Shown one piece after another: positions 1-8,437 of a DNA stretch of 64,000 bases; the stretch's first letter is position 1; every line of letters starts with the position of its first letter. Both the position numbers and the translations under genes were made by a program. The notes below the pieces were generated by a model. That model was not told the DNA's origin. It did not search any database and saw only the letters and a program-made list of their open reading frames with translations. The stretch comes from Candidatus Woykebacteria bacterium (GTDB lineage Bacteria > Patescibacteriota > Microgenomatia > Woykebacterales > RBG-16-39-9b): assembly GCA_040876345.1 (NCBI GenBank), contig JBBDPM010000001.1, positions 192,314 to 256,313 on the forward strand. The letters are read 5' to 3'.

Positions 1-46
1 TCTTTACTTCCGGGGATATAAACAAGGTTTGAGCAAACCCTTCTAT

Positions 47-682
47 CTAAAATAATAAGCTTGCAAAAAAGCCTGCAATTACAGGAAGCAAAAGGTTATC
101 CCACCCTTTTGTAGTAGCTGCTTCAGCAAAAGTCAGAACCAGAGAAAAAACAACAAAAGTAACTAGACTTGATATCGAAATTTCGCCATAGTTAAACCCA
201 AAGAAGCAAAATATAGAAAATGTTGTCAGAAGGAAAGCTAGGCTGCCTTCAGAAGTTACAAAGAAAAGTTTTCTTTTCCCATATTTATAACCAACAAAGC
301 CAGCTACAGAATCTGAAATAGCTAGTACCAGCACCGAAAGTTTAAAGGCAGTCAAATTAGAGTCCCAAAATAAGAGTCCTGAAGTAACCAAACCTAGTGG
401 GAATAGGATTGATCCTAAAGAACTACGATTCACTCTTGTTACGCTCGGTAATAGCTTAAAGACTTCTGAGAACGCCAAGACCAATGTGAATAGAATTCCC
501 AAAGCTACAGCCTGTCCTAAAGTTAGGTGATAAGGCATCATAAATGCAACTAAGCCGCTAAGAAGATGAGTAGATCTTCTGGTTATCTCGGAGTTTAAAC
601 GAAGATACTTAAAAGAAATCTCCCCAATTAGAAATATTGTTACAAACAAAATAAGGAAGCTAATTAAAGGGACATCCATCAT
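47..682 (-). CDS. polytopic membrane protein of the CTP-transferase superfamily (CdsA / dolichol-kinase / CarS-like)
   Basis: 211 aa, about 6 TM segments. C-terminal DSVAGFVGYKYGKRK-type motif and overall topology resemble phosphatidate cytidylyltransferase/dolichol kinase family. Last gene of the lipid operon (overlaps the upstream gene by 4 nt). Confidence 0.45.
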   Translation of the reverse strand: MMDVPLISFLILFVTIFLIGEISFKYLRLNSEITRRSTHLLSGLVAFMMPYHLTLGQAVALGILFTLVLAFSEVFKLLPSVTRVNRSSLGSILFPLGLVTSGLLFWDSNLTAFKLSVLVLAISDSVAGFVGYKYGKRKLFFVTSEGSLAFLLTTFSIFCFFGFNYGEISISSLVTFVVFSLVLTFAEAATTKGWDNLLLPVIAGFFASLLF

Positions 683-1191
683 TTATTTTTTCTCAGAAAG
701 TAGGCAAATCCTTTATTTTTAAGTTTTAAAAGCTTAAATAAACTTCTCAGATTAAAGTAGCGAAGTAAAAGTAGTCTAGTTTTAACCATAAGAGGTAAGG
801 TATTGAGACTGACTTTTTTAAATCCTATATCGAAAAGCATGGATTGAATTAGGTTATTTGTTGTCGCTGCAAATATATTCTTTCCGACTAATTCTTTTGC
901 TGCTGAAGAGATTAATAGTTTCTTACTAATTTTCTTGCCTCTATACTCAGGGAAAACATAAAGGGTAGATAGCCCCCACCAGTTATTCCAGATTTTATAC
1001 TTTTCTACCCACCCAAGAATTTTACTGTCCTCGTTTGTGGCGATAAGAAAGTCGCCTTTCTTAAAAGAGTTTGTTATCAAACTTGTTGATCTGTAGCTTA
1101 AGTTCTCATCTTTAAGGCTAATCTCTGAGATTTTTTGTATAAGTTTATGATCTTGACTCATTGCCTTTCCGTTAACAACTAAAATTTTCAT
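679..1191 (-). CDS. GNAT family N-acetyltransferase
   Basis: YVFPEYRGKKISKKLL...AAKEL matches acetyl-CoA binding motif A of GNATs. Likely start MKILVVNG at 1191, forming an ATGA overlap with the upstream CDS stop; the track ORF extends to 1251. Confidence 0.55.
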   Translation of the reverse strand: MKILVVNGKAMSQDHKLIQKISEISLKDENLSYRSTSLITNSFKKGDFLIATNEDSKILGWVEKYKIWNNWWGLSTLYVFPEYRGKKISKKLLISSAAKELVGKNIFAATTNNLIQSMLFDIGFKKVSLNTLPLMVKTRLLLLRYFNLRSLFKLLKLKNKGFAYFLRKNK

Positions 1192-1793
1192 TTTAGTCCT
1201 AAGTAAAACATGTAAAGTGCTATAAGTAATAAAAATGTTACGATCGGCCAAATCCTTTGGGGTTTAGGGAATGCAAAAGTACCTATCATTAAAGAGCTTT
1301 GCAGAATTATTAAAAGCCACGAGGCCAATCTTAAAGAGAGGCCACTTATGGCAAGTGAAATAACTGAAACGGAAAAAATGGTAAGATAGCTGAAAACTAC
1401 TGGCAGGCCTGGGTATCCCATCTTGGTTTTCTCTCCGACATAACCCACAATGTTAAACCTGACTAGTCGAAAGACGCCAGCTAAGACAAAGATGTAAAGT
1501 ATCACAACTGATGTTAAGTCTTGCAATTTAAAATGTAGATAGAAAACAAGGGATGGGTAAATAAGATAAATAAAGGCGTCGACAAAACTATCCAATTGTC
1601 TACCAAATTCTGACTCCTGCTTAAACCTTCGTGCTAAAAAGCCGTCAAACGTGTCGGCTATAAAAGCAACCAAGGCAGTTCCAAGTGATAAGTGAAACCT
1701 ACCGTTGATTAGGAGAAGAATAGAAATCCAAGCAAGGAGAAGAGCTAAGTATGATACAAGGTTTGAAATACTAAAAGGTTTTATTTTATCCAT
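1188..1793 (-). CDS. CDP-alcohol phosphatidyltransferase
   Basis: DTFDGFLARRFKQESEFGRQLDSFVDAF matches the D-G-x2-A-R-x8-G-x3-D-x3-D signature. 201 aa, multi-TM. Confidence 0.75.
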   Translation of the reverse strand: MDKIKPFSISNLVSYLALLLAWISILLLINGRFHLSLGTALVAFIADTFDGFLARRFKQESEFGRQLDSFVDAFIYLIYPSLVFYLHFKLQDLTSVVILYIFVLAGVFRLVRFNIVGYVGEKTKMGYPGLPVVFSYLTIFSVSVISLAISGLSLRLASWLLIILQSSLMIGTFAFPKPQRIWPIVTFLLLIALYMFYLGLK

Positions 1794-3519
1794 TTAATGC
1801 AACTAATCCAGTTTCAAGATCCATTTTAATTTCCTTGTCGTTAGGGATTATCTTAGTAGCATTGCTAGCATTAATTATGCAAGGGATACCAAATTCTCGA
1901 GCCACTATTGCTGCATGAGATAATGACCCGCCCCGTTCCACTACTAGACCTCTTAATGAGGGGAAAATGATTGTCCAGCCAGGATCTGTTTGTTTGGTAA
2001 CAAGTATTTTGTTTGAATAATCTTTATTAGGATCAAAATCTACAACCACCAAAGATCTTCCTTCAATTACTGTGCCAAACTTACCTTGCGAGGCTAGGTC
2101 TCCTTTGACTGATTTTTCTTTAGTCTCAGTCGTTAATTTACGGGTCTGATTCTTAAGTAAGGTTTTATTATAAATTTCTGGTGTAAAGTTGGTAGTAATT
2201 CTTCTTGGCAGATCAATACTTTTCCAAGACTTTTCTTGACTTTTTCTTTCCGCAACAGTCTTGATAAACGAAGTTTTTTTACTTTGGTGGGATCTAAAAA
2301 AGGTAAATATTTCTTCCACTTCTAGATAGAAAACATCACTGCGGCTCTTTAATGCCTCTCGTTTTTCTAATCTTTTCCCAAACTCTCTAAAAACTTTTCT
2401 AGCAATGCCAAAAATTAATGATCTTTTAAATCGAGTCTCTTCGCGCATCTTTATTGAAGATTCCGACCAGTTTAGAATAAAGTTAAACACTAGGCGCTTA
2501 AAAAGTTGAAGATTTTTCACTTCTATTTCCAGATATCTAGTCGAGATGATTTTGCGGGGTTTTATCTCACTTCTTAAACTATTTTTTAGCAATTTTATTA
2601 AAACCAGAGGATCGTCTTGAAAACTTATTGACTCAAGTTTTAGTTCCCCGGGCATTCGTGAACCAAAATCTTCTATGTAACGGCGAATCTTTTTTCTTAT
2701 CTCGGCTAACTGACGGTCTGAATTGATTTCCGATAGTATTTTTTGGGAAGACTGAGATTTAAACAGACTTTTGGCTTTTTCGTCATTAAAAATTGTTCTG
2801 GCTATTTCCTGCATAGCTTTGCCTGGCTCGGCACTTTTTAAACCTATACCACCGGAGATAAAGTAGTTTGCTTTTGAATTATCTTTGTCATCAAGCCATT
2901 TTTTGGTTAATTTCTTCAAAATACCGACACTTATCATTACTGCAAAGTCGTTAGCAATCGGAGTACTGAAATCTTTTGTGAGAGTTTCCTCAAAACTTTC
3001 GTAAAATTCTACCAACTCTTTATCATCCTTGACGTCATAGCGCACTTTATTTAAATAGGAAAAGTTTCTATCAAAAGTCTCATTGAATCGCCTAATTAAA
3101 AGCTTCATAAACACGAACGAAATAGAGATTCGAAAGATACGATAAAAAAGATTGGCCAGATCGAATAGCCTTTCAATTAAATGGGTTTTTTGCCCGGCTT
3201 CGTAAAAATACTCTTCATCTACTCCAAGCATTTGCTCCAAGAACTTACCGTTGAATCTGTATCCTGGTAGCAAGGCGATGAGTCGGTGCCAGTTAATTAG
3301 ATGGTAATACATACTCCCGCCAATAAATGCCAACATATTTGGAAAAAGATCGGCATTTTCTGTTAAATCCTTATTACTTACGCCAAACAATTTACAGAAG
3401 CTCACATAAACTTTTTCGTAGGCTCTCTTAGCAAATGAATAAGTTAGAGGTGTAGTTACGCCTGAGTAGCTTTCATTTAAGTTTGAGTTGTCGAAAATAA
3501 AGCCTATTTTGCTAGCCAT
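1786..3519 (-). CDS. PEP-utilising-enzyme mobile (phosphohistidine swivel) domain protein with an unrecognised ~480 aa N-terminal region
   Basis: C-terminal GGSLSHAAIVAREFGIPCI is the conserved phospho-His motif of PEP synthase/PPDK/rifampin-phosphotransferase swivel domains. No ATP-grasp motifs recognised N-terminally. Confidence 0.55.
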   Translation of the reverse strand: MASKIGFIFDNSNLNESYSGVTTPLTYSFAKRAYEKVYVSFCKLFGVSNKDLTENADLFPNMLAFIGGSMYYHLINWHRLIALLPGYRFNGKFLEQMLGVDEEYFYEAGQKTHLIERLFDLANLFYRIFRISISFVFMKLLIRRFNETFDRNFSYLNKVRYDVKDDKELVEFYESFEETLTKDFSTPIANDFAVMISVGILKKLTKKWLDDKDNSKANYFISGGIGLKSAEPGKAMQEIARTIFNDEKAKSLFKSQSSQKILSEINSDRQLAEIRKKIRRYIEDFGSRMPGELKLESISFQDDPLVLIKLLKNSLRSEIKPRKIISTRYLEIEVKNLQLFKRLVFNFILNWSESSIKMREETRFKRSLIFGIARKVFREFGKRLEKREALKSRSDVFYLEVEEIFTFFRSHQSKKTSFIKTVAERKSQEKSWKSIDLPRRITTNFTPEIYNKTLLKNQTRKLTTETKEKSVKGDLASQGKFGTVIEGRSLVVVDFDPNKDYSNKILVTKQTDPGWTIIFPSLRGLVVERGGSLSHAAIVAREFGIPCIINASNATKIIPNDKEIKMDLETGLVALNG

Positions 3520-4421
3520 AAAGAAGTAGACATACCTATGTTTAACAATATTGCGTAAATGATAGAACAGAAAAATACCTTTTTAGAAGTCTTAACATTT
3601 GGCTTTTCTTTGAACTTATTAATTACTACAGCCAAATACAAAAAACAAACTAGCGCTGGAAGCAGTGGTATGAGGCTTGTACTTTTGGCCACTATAGATA
3701 TAAAAACTGAAAAAATAAGACTTAAAGCAGATAAACCAGCTAGCAATTTACTGGCGCCGTCGATGCCGTATTGAGCTGTGTATGTGTCTTTTGATGGAAT
3801 CTCTAAAGTCTTTGGTCTTATTTTCCTGGCAACTTCTAAGCTGAAAAACGAAGCCGTTAAAAGGAGGGAGTGAGCCGTAAAGAGGTAATTGGTGAGAAAA
3901 TCGAAGCTTTTTATATTTATAGAGTATAGGTAAAAGAATATGGGTATTGCTAGAACCTCATGCACTGCAATATAGACAGTAAAGTGTTTCTTTAGCCAAT
4001 ACTTGGCAAAAAATTCTTTTAATAGGAGTAAGGAATACGAAAGAGCAATAATAAAAAAAACAAAAGCTGCTCCCCCTGAATAGAGGCTTAATATCAACTC
4101 AAGTGCAAAAATAATAAAAACTAGACTTCTTAACTCGGAGAGGGAGATTAATCCTCTTGGGACAGGCCTGGTGGCGTAGTGCTCTTTATCATGCTCAAAG
4201 TCTTTAAATTCATCAAAAAGACGAAGTCTAAATAAAAAAAGGAACAGAGCAAGACAACTGAGTAAACCCCTCTCTAGTTTATAACTACCCTCTGAAAAAA
4301 CTTGAGCGAACAAACTTGCGTGTAAACCAAATATTAGAGATAGCGTAACGAACTGATACAAAGGGAAACGCTCGCTTAGATAAATAAAACCCCTTTTTAA
4401 TAATCCGCTTGTGTTCTGCAT
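3504..4421 (-). CDS. UbiA-family aromatic/isoprenoid prenyltransferase (membrane)
   Basis: D-x3-D-x3-D (LFDEFKDFEHD) Asp-rich motif and ATRPVPRGLIS (compare RPLxSGxIS of UbiA/DGGGP synthases). 8-9 TM helices. First gene of operon. Confidence 0.6.
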   Translation of the reverse strand: MQNTSGLLKRGFIYLSERFPLYQFVTLSLIFGLHASLFAQVFSEGSYKLERGLLSCLALFLFLFRLRLFDEFKDFEHDKEHYATRPVPRGLISLSELRSLVFIIFALELILSLYSGGAAFVFFIIALSYSLLLLKEFFAKYWLKKHFTVYIAVHEVLAIPIFFYLYSINIKSFDFLTNYLFTAHSLLLTASFFSLEVARKIRPKTLEIPSKDTYTAQYGIDGASKLLAGLSALSLIFSVFISIVAKSTSLIPLLPALVCFLYLAVVINKFKEKPNVKTSKKVFFCSIIYAILLNIGMSTSLWLAK

Positions 4422-4616
4422 AAATTTCCCTATTCATAATATACTGACTTAAACTAGGAAACAATCATTTCTTAACACAAGTTGAGTAGTTTTTAATGAT
4501 AATTCCGCGAACTAAGTAACAAATAAGTGGATTGAGTCTTGAGAACGGAAAGATCGATTGTTAATTGTGGAAGTTTGGAACCAATGATACCTAATGATTG
4601 TCTAAAACTAGAAAAT

Positions 4617-5564
4617 TCAATATATCAGGCCAGCTAAATTTTTGCTTACTTTTAAGCCTAAAAAGTTTAAGTTAACGCACCTAAGACTAAATAGCTTATT
4701 AGGTAAGAAATTGAGGGGACTGTTGTAATTGTTTGAAGGATTTGTTTTGTTTTTGGTTTGGTTGTAAGGAATTTGAAGATTGAAACAGTAGTAGCCTTGG
4801 GGATGGTAGTAGGGTTGATCAGTGGAACCGTAAGAGCCTCTATTCTCTGATGAAGAGGTATCAAAAGTAGCACAGAGCTTGTAATAAGTATCTGTTGTTG
4901 GTTGATATTGATATGGTTGCCCAGTCTTAGGATCAGCAACATAACCATAGTAACTTAAAGTTGTGTCGCTTAGTGTTGCCGGCAGTTTACCGTTTTGACT
5001 GTAATAGTTTTCAATCGCGTACTTTAGATTATAGATGTCATTAATCCTTTGTTGATCAGATTGCTTGGCTTTAGATTGAGATCGATTCAGGGCATTAAAA
5101 AAGTAAATACCGCCAACAACTAGAATTAGTATTAGAGCTACTATAATCGCTTTTGTTCTATCAGGTTTAATGGGTTGGGTTTCTTTTTTAGATTCTTGAG
5201 GCGCTGATTCTTTACCTAATGCACTTAAGATTTGAGATTCAGCCCAGCCTTTTTCTCTTAATCTGAGAAAAATGTCACTTTCGGGCATACCATTTTGTTT
5301 TGCTTGATTTGCATAATTAATTAAAGCCGTCTCTTCTTTGGTCAAGGCTTTTTGCGGAATTTGCGTTGGTTTAGGCTTTCCGAACCAAGCATCTACCAAC
5401 CAAAGTGTAAAAGACCCAGTAGCATAGGAGAGCGGAATCCAAATAATTAGGCCAAGCCCAAGGGTGCAAACTACCGAAGCTAAAAAAATAATTGGTCCGC
5501 CAATAGGTAAGAGGACAACCATTAAAACAACAAAACCGATCAAAGTTTTAATAGGTTTAGACAT
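4617..5564 (-). CDS. membrane-anchored protein with C-terminal type-IV-pilin-like domain
   Basis: 2 N-terminal TM helices. Central TM helix followed by QQRINDIYNLKYAIENYYSQNGKLP, the helix-DNG-YP pattern typical of CPR pilin/pseudopilin proteins. No canonical prepilin leader. Pro/Tyr/Gln-rich tail. Confidence 0.4.
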   Translation of the reverse strand: MSKPIKTLIGFVVLMVVLLPIGGPIIFLASVVCTLGLGLIIWIPLSYATGSFTLWLVDAWFGKPKPTQIPQKALTKEETALINYANQAKQNGMPESDIFLRLREKGWAESQILSALGKESAPQESKKETQPIKPDRTKAIIVALILILVVGGIYFFNALNRSQSKAKQSDQQRINDIYNLKYAIENYYSQNGKLPATLSDTTLSYYGYVADPKTGQPYQYQPTTDTYYKLCATFDTSSSENRGSYGSTDQPYYHPQGYYCFNLQIPYNQTKNKTNPSNNYNSPLNFLPNKLFSLRCVNLNFLGLKVSKNLAGLIY

Positions 5565-6586
5565 TATCGTTTGTTATCCAATATAATCTCCCAATATCTA
5601 ATAAAACAGATTATCAGAGCTAGGTAAAATGGAATTGCCAAGGCAACCTCAACTGGCGTGTGCGTAATTGGTGTATTGATCCCCACGAAATTTTCCACCG
5701 CACTTGGGCCATAGATGCGAAGACCACTGGCTATAAACCAAGACTCGAGTGGAAGGAATACAGTTGTCCCAACGATCAGATAAAGAGCGAACCTCTTAGC
5801 AATGTCTAGTTGAATAAAAATTCTATCCACCAACCCTGTAGCAAGCCAGATAATTATTATCCAAACACCGCTCATTAAAATACTAATGTCGCGGTACATA
5901 TACGACCAAGATGGAAATTTGGCATTAACCACCATTGGCTCTACCATTAGTTCAAAGAAAAATACACCAATAAATGCGAGGGCCAAGTTTCTAAGCCAGG
6001 CTCTGTTTTTCACTGGCACAATAGCTTTATCATCAAGTGAAAAGCTCCAATATTTATAAAAGGCTATTACTAAACTAGTAAATACCGGTATGTAATAAAG
6101 AGCCTCGATAGGAACGTTTATTATGAAATAGCCAACCAGAGTATCCAAAACCTCTGGTGAGTAGGCTCTTATACCAAGGCCGACTACGCTAGACTCTGCA
6201 ATAAATACAGCTACAGTTATTAGTAGTAAGTAAACAATAAACCTCTGCCACTCAATATATTTTGAAAAAAACTTATCCACCAAAATTACAGCCGTCAAAA
6301 TCATTGTTGACCAACCAACAGTTAAAATCCAACTCACATCTCTATAAACATACGCCCACCACCCAAGTTTAAAATTGTTCCACATTGGAGCAGTAAAGAT
6401 TTCAAATATTAGGACTCCGGCGGCTACTAGGAAATAACGTTGAGGAATCTTATCCTTAATTCTGGATAGTAGAAAAAGAATAATTATTGTACCGAGTATA
6501 ATAAATATTTCGAAAAAAAGAATTGATAACGTTGGTGTTTTATCAAACTCGTGTAGTAAATTATATGTTATATCTTTTGGTATCAT
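5564..6586 (-). CDS. polytopic integral membrane protein with internal duplication
   Basis: 340 aa, about 10 TM. The two halves share the WW(A/S)Y(V/M)YRD(V/I)S...W...GLVD(K/R) motif. 4-nt overlap with radical SAM gene upstream; start overlaps the stop of the pilin-like gene. Confidence 0.5.
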   Translation of the reverse strand: MIPKDITYNLLHEFDKTPTLSILFFEIFIILGTIIILFLLSRIKDKIPQRYFLVAAGVLIFEIFTAPMWNNFKLGWWAYVYRDVSWILTVGWSTMILTAVILVDKFFSKYIEWQRFIVYLLLITVAVFIAESSVVGLGIRAYSPEVLDTLVGYFIINVPIEALYYIPVFTSLVIAFYKYWSFSLDDKAIVPVKNRAWLRNLALAFIGVFFFELMVEPMVVNAKFPSWSYMYRDISILMSGVWIIIIWLATGLVDRIFIQLDIAKRFALYLIVGTTVFLPLESWFIASGLRIYGPSAVENFVGINTPITHTPVEVALAIPFYLALIICFIRYWEIILDNKR

Positions 6587-7806
6587 TTAGTTATCGGAAT
6601 TCTACTAGGTTTTCTACCGTTGCCGTTGCTAGCCTGTTTTTGAGCGAGTACCTTGTCTAATATGTGTTCACCAGGCGATACTGCGTCTTTCTCTCTAAAT
6701 TCGGAATCTTTTATTTTACACCCACCCCATTTAGCACAGGTAAAACCTTCAGTGGAGGTGAGCCTATCCCAAACCCTGTAAAGAGGCTCCTCAATAGCAT
6801 TACCAAAAGTTGCATGGTTGAAATCACACGACATGACGTCTCCATAGGGCGAAAGATAAAAATAACTTGTACCACAAGAACACCCGACGCTTCGGTGGCT
6901 GGATGCATAGGCCCAAACTATGACGCCTGGGTACGATTCATCCTTATTATATTTCACACTCCGATTGATAATTTCTTCAACCCAGTTTTCATTATCAATT
7001 AAATCTTTTCTGAATTTATATCTTCCCGTTGGCATCGCATCAAATATTACGACCTCATGTATGCCCATCTTCTTAGCAAGATCAAGAATCTTTTCCATCT
7101 CACCTTCAGCAAAAGATTCTGGTGTCAAAGTGGTTGAAATACCAACAGAAAAACCCAATTCCTTTGCTTTCTCAAGGCCCTTCATCGCTTCTTTAAAGAT
7201 GCCCTCTCTGCCACGGAATAAATCATGTTTTTTAGAATCTGCAGAGTCGATGCTTACATAAACACTGTCTAAACCAGCATTTCGCAGGGTCTTTGCTTTT
7301 TTTGCTAGTAAGATTCCGTTGGTGAACATTAGAGTAGTAGATAAATCCTTATTCACCGAATCAATAATTTTTGGCAAATCCTCACGAAGTAATGGCTCAC
7401 CACCGACAAAGTTCATTACTGAGACACCAAGCTCTTGGGCGTCCTTTATCAACTTCTTCGCCTCCTCTAAAGTTAGAACTTTTCTTGATCTATCTTCCAC
7501 GGCAGTAAAGAAGCTGCAGTGTTCGCAATGGGCGTTGCAGATGTCATTTATGGCGTAGCTCATCATATTTGGAAGATTTTTATTTTGAATGGTTCTGTAG
7601 AGTTGTCTCGCGAAAAAATTTGCGGCTGGTTTACTGTATAAAGATGGAGTAGATAGAGAGTAAACAGGCTTACCATCTCGCCAGTGAATAACTTTGTTGT
7701 GGTTTAAATAAATTTTATAAATCTGATCTAAATAATCCGAAGTATAACCAAGCGTTTTAGTAGCAAGAAACCACTTTAGCTTTACTTTATTAAATAGTGA
7801 GTTCAT
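6583..7806 (-). CDS. radical SAM enzyme with C-terminal SPASM/twitch-like Cys cluster
   Basis: CNAHCEHC is the CxxxCxxC motif. FVGGEPLL glycine-rich SAM motif. C-terminal Cys-rich CSCG...C...C...C region. ~100-aa N-terminal extension of unknown type. Confidence 0.75.
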   Translation of the reverse strand: MNSLFNKVKLKWFLATKTLGYTSDYLDQIYKIYLNHNKVIHWRDGKPVYSLSTPSLYSKPAANFFARQLYRTIQNKNLPNMMSYAINDICNAHCEHCSFFTAVEDRSRKVLTLEEAKKLIKDAQELGVSVMNFVGGEPLLREDLPKIIDSVNKDLSTTLMFTNGILLAKKAKTLRNAGLDSVYVSIDSADSKKHDLFRGREGIFKEAMKGLEKAKELGFSVGISTTLTPESFAEGEMEKILDLAKKMGIHEVVIFDAMPTGRYKFRKDLIDNENWVEEIINRSVKYNKDESYPGVIVWAYASSHRSVGCSCGTSYFYLSPYGDVMSCDFNHATFGNAIEEPLYRVWDRLTSTEGFTCAKWGGCKIKDSEFREKDAVSPGEHILDKVLAQKQASNGNGRKPSRIPITK

Positions 7807-7813
7807 TTATAAC

Positions 7814-8285
7814 TAACCTTCTTCTAATATGGTCTTAAGATTTTTAAGCATCTCTTCTGCCGAGTGCTGATTTAGTTTGTCGAGCACAGTTCTGCCAAAC
7901 AACTTTTGTAAAACACCTTCTGGGAGCGCATACTCTACCTCTACTGTAACTTTAGTTCCACCGCCTTTCTCGCCAAATTTATAAGTCCAGGTAGATTCGC
8001 CACCATTCTTTGTTTTTATTTCAACTAGTGTGGTCTTTCAAATTTAGTCCCCTCGGCCCTACCAGTCAAGTCTAAACCTGCAAAGTTGAACCGCCAATTA
8101 AATGTTTGGCCTACCCCAGGCTTTTCTGGATTTATATTCGTATTTTCCATTAAATTAGGAATAAAGGCGGGGCCATTTTGTGGGTCTGCAGTATAATCAA
8201 AAACCTTTTCAAGCGGTTTCTTGATAAATATGGAGGACTTTACTTTACCCAATTTAAATATCTCCTCTGCAAATAATACTAACAT
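7814..8285 (-). pseudogene. SRPBCC (Bet v1-like / polyketide-cyclase-like) ligand-binding protein, interrupted by a 1-nt frameshift
   Basis: Track ORF 8025-8285 encodes the N-terminal half. The C-terminal half (KTTLVEIKTKNGGESTWTYKFGEKGGGTKVTVEVEYALPEG...LEEG) is in the -1 frame from ~8040 to the TAG at 7814-7816. The shift sits in an A-run (tttgaaaga). Stop lies 8 nt upstream of the radical SAM start. Confidence 0.5.
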
Positions 8286-8437
8286 TTAAAAAATTAAAAG
8301 GGAATACAATAGACTTTTTGTCCACAGTCTTACCATCTCAACAAAAAGTATATGGCGCAGCATAGTAGTCTCAAGCACCTAATCGTTATAGTCAGGTCTA
8401 ACTTTGAAGCTAAATGAGGCAAGTATATTTGTAAGTG

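Noticed and set aside
6664-7558. Several 65-113 aa plus-strand ORFs inside the radical SAM gene, and similar antisense ORFs inside secA, glmS-region, DegT and others
   Set aside because: All are embedded antisense in long well-supported genes with no motifs. Treated as shadow ORFs.
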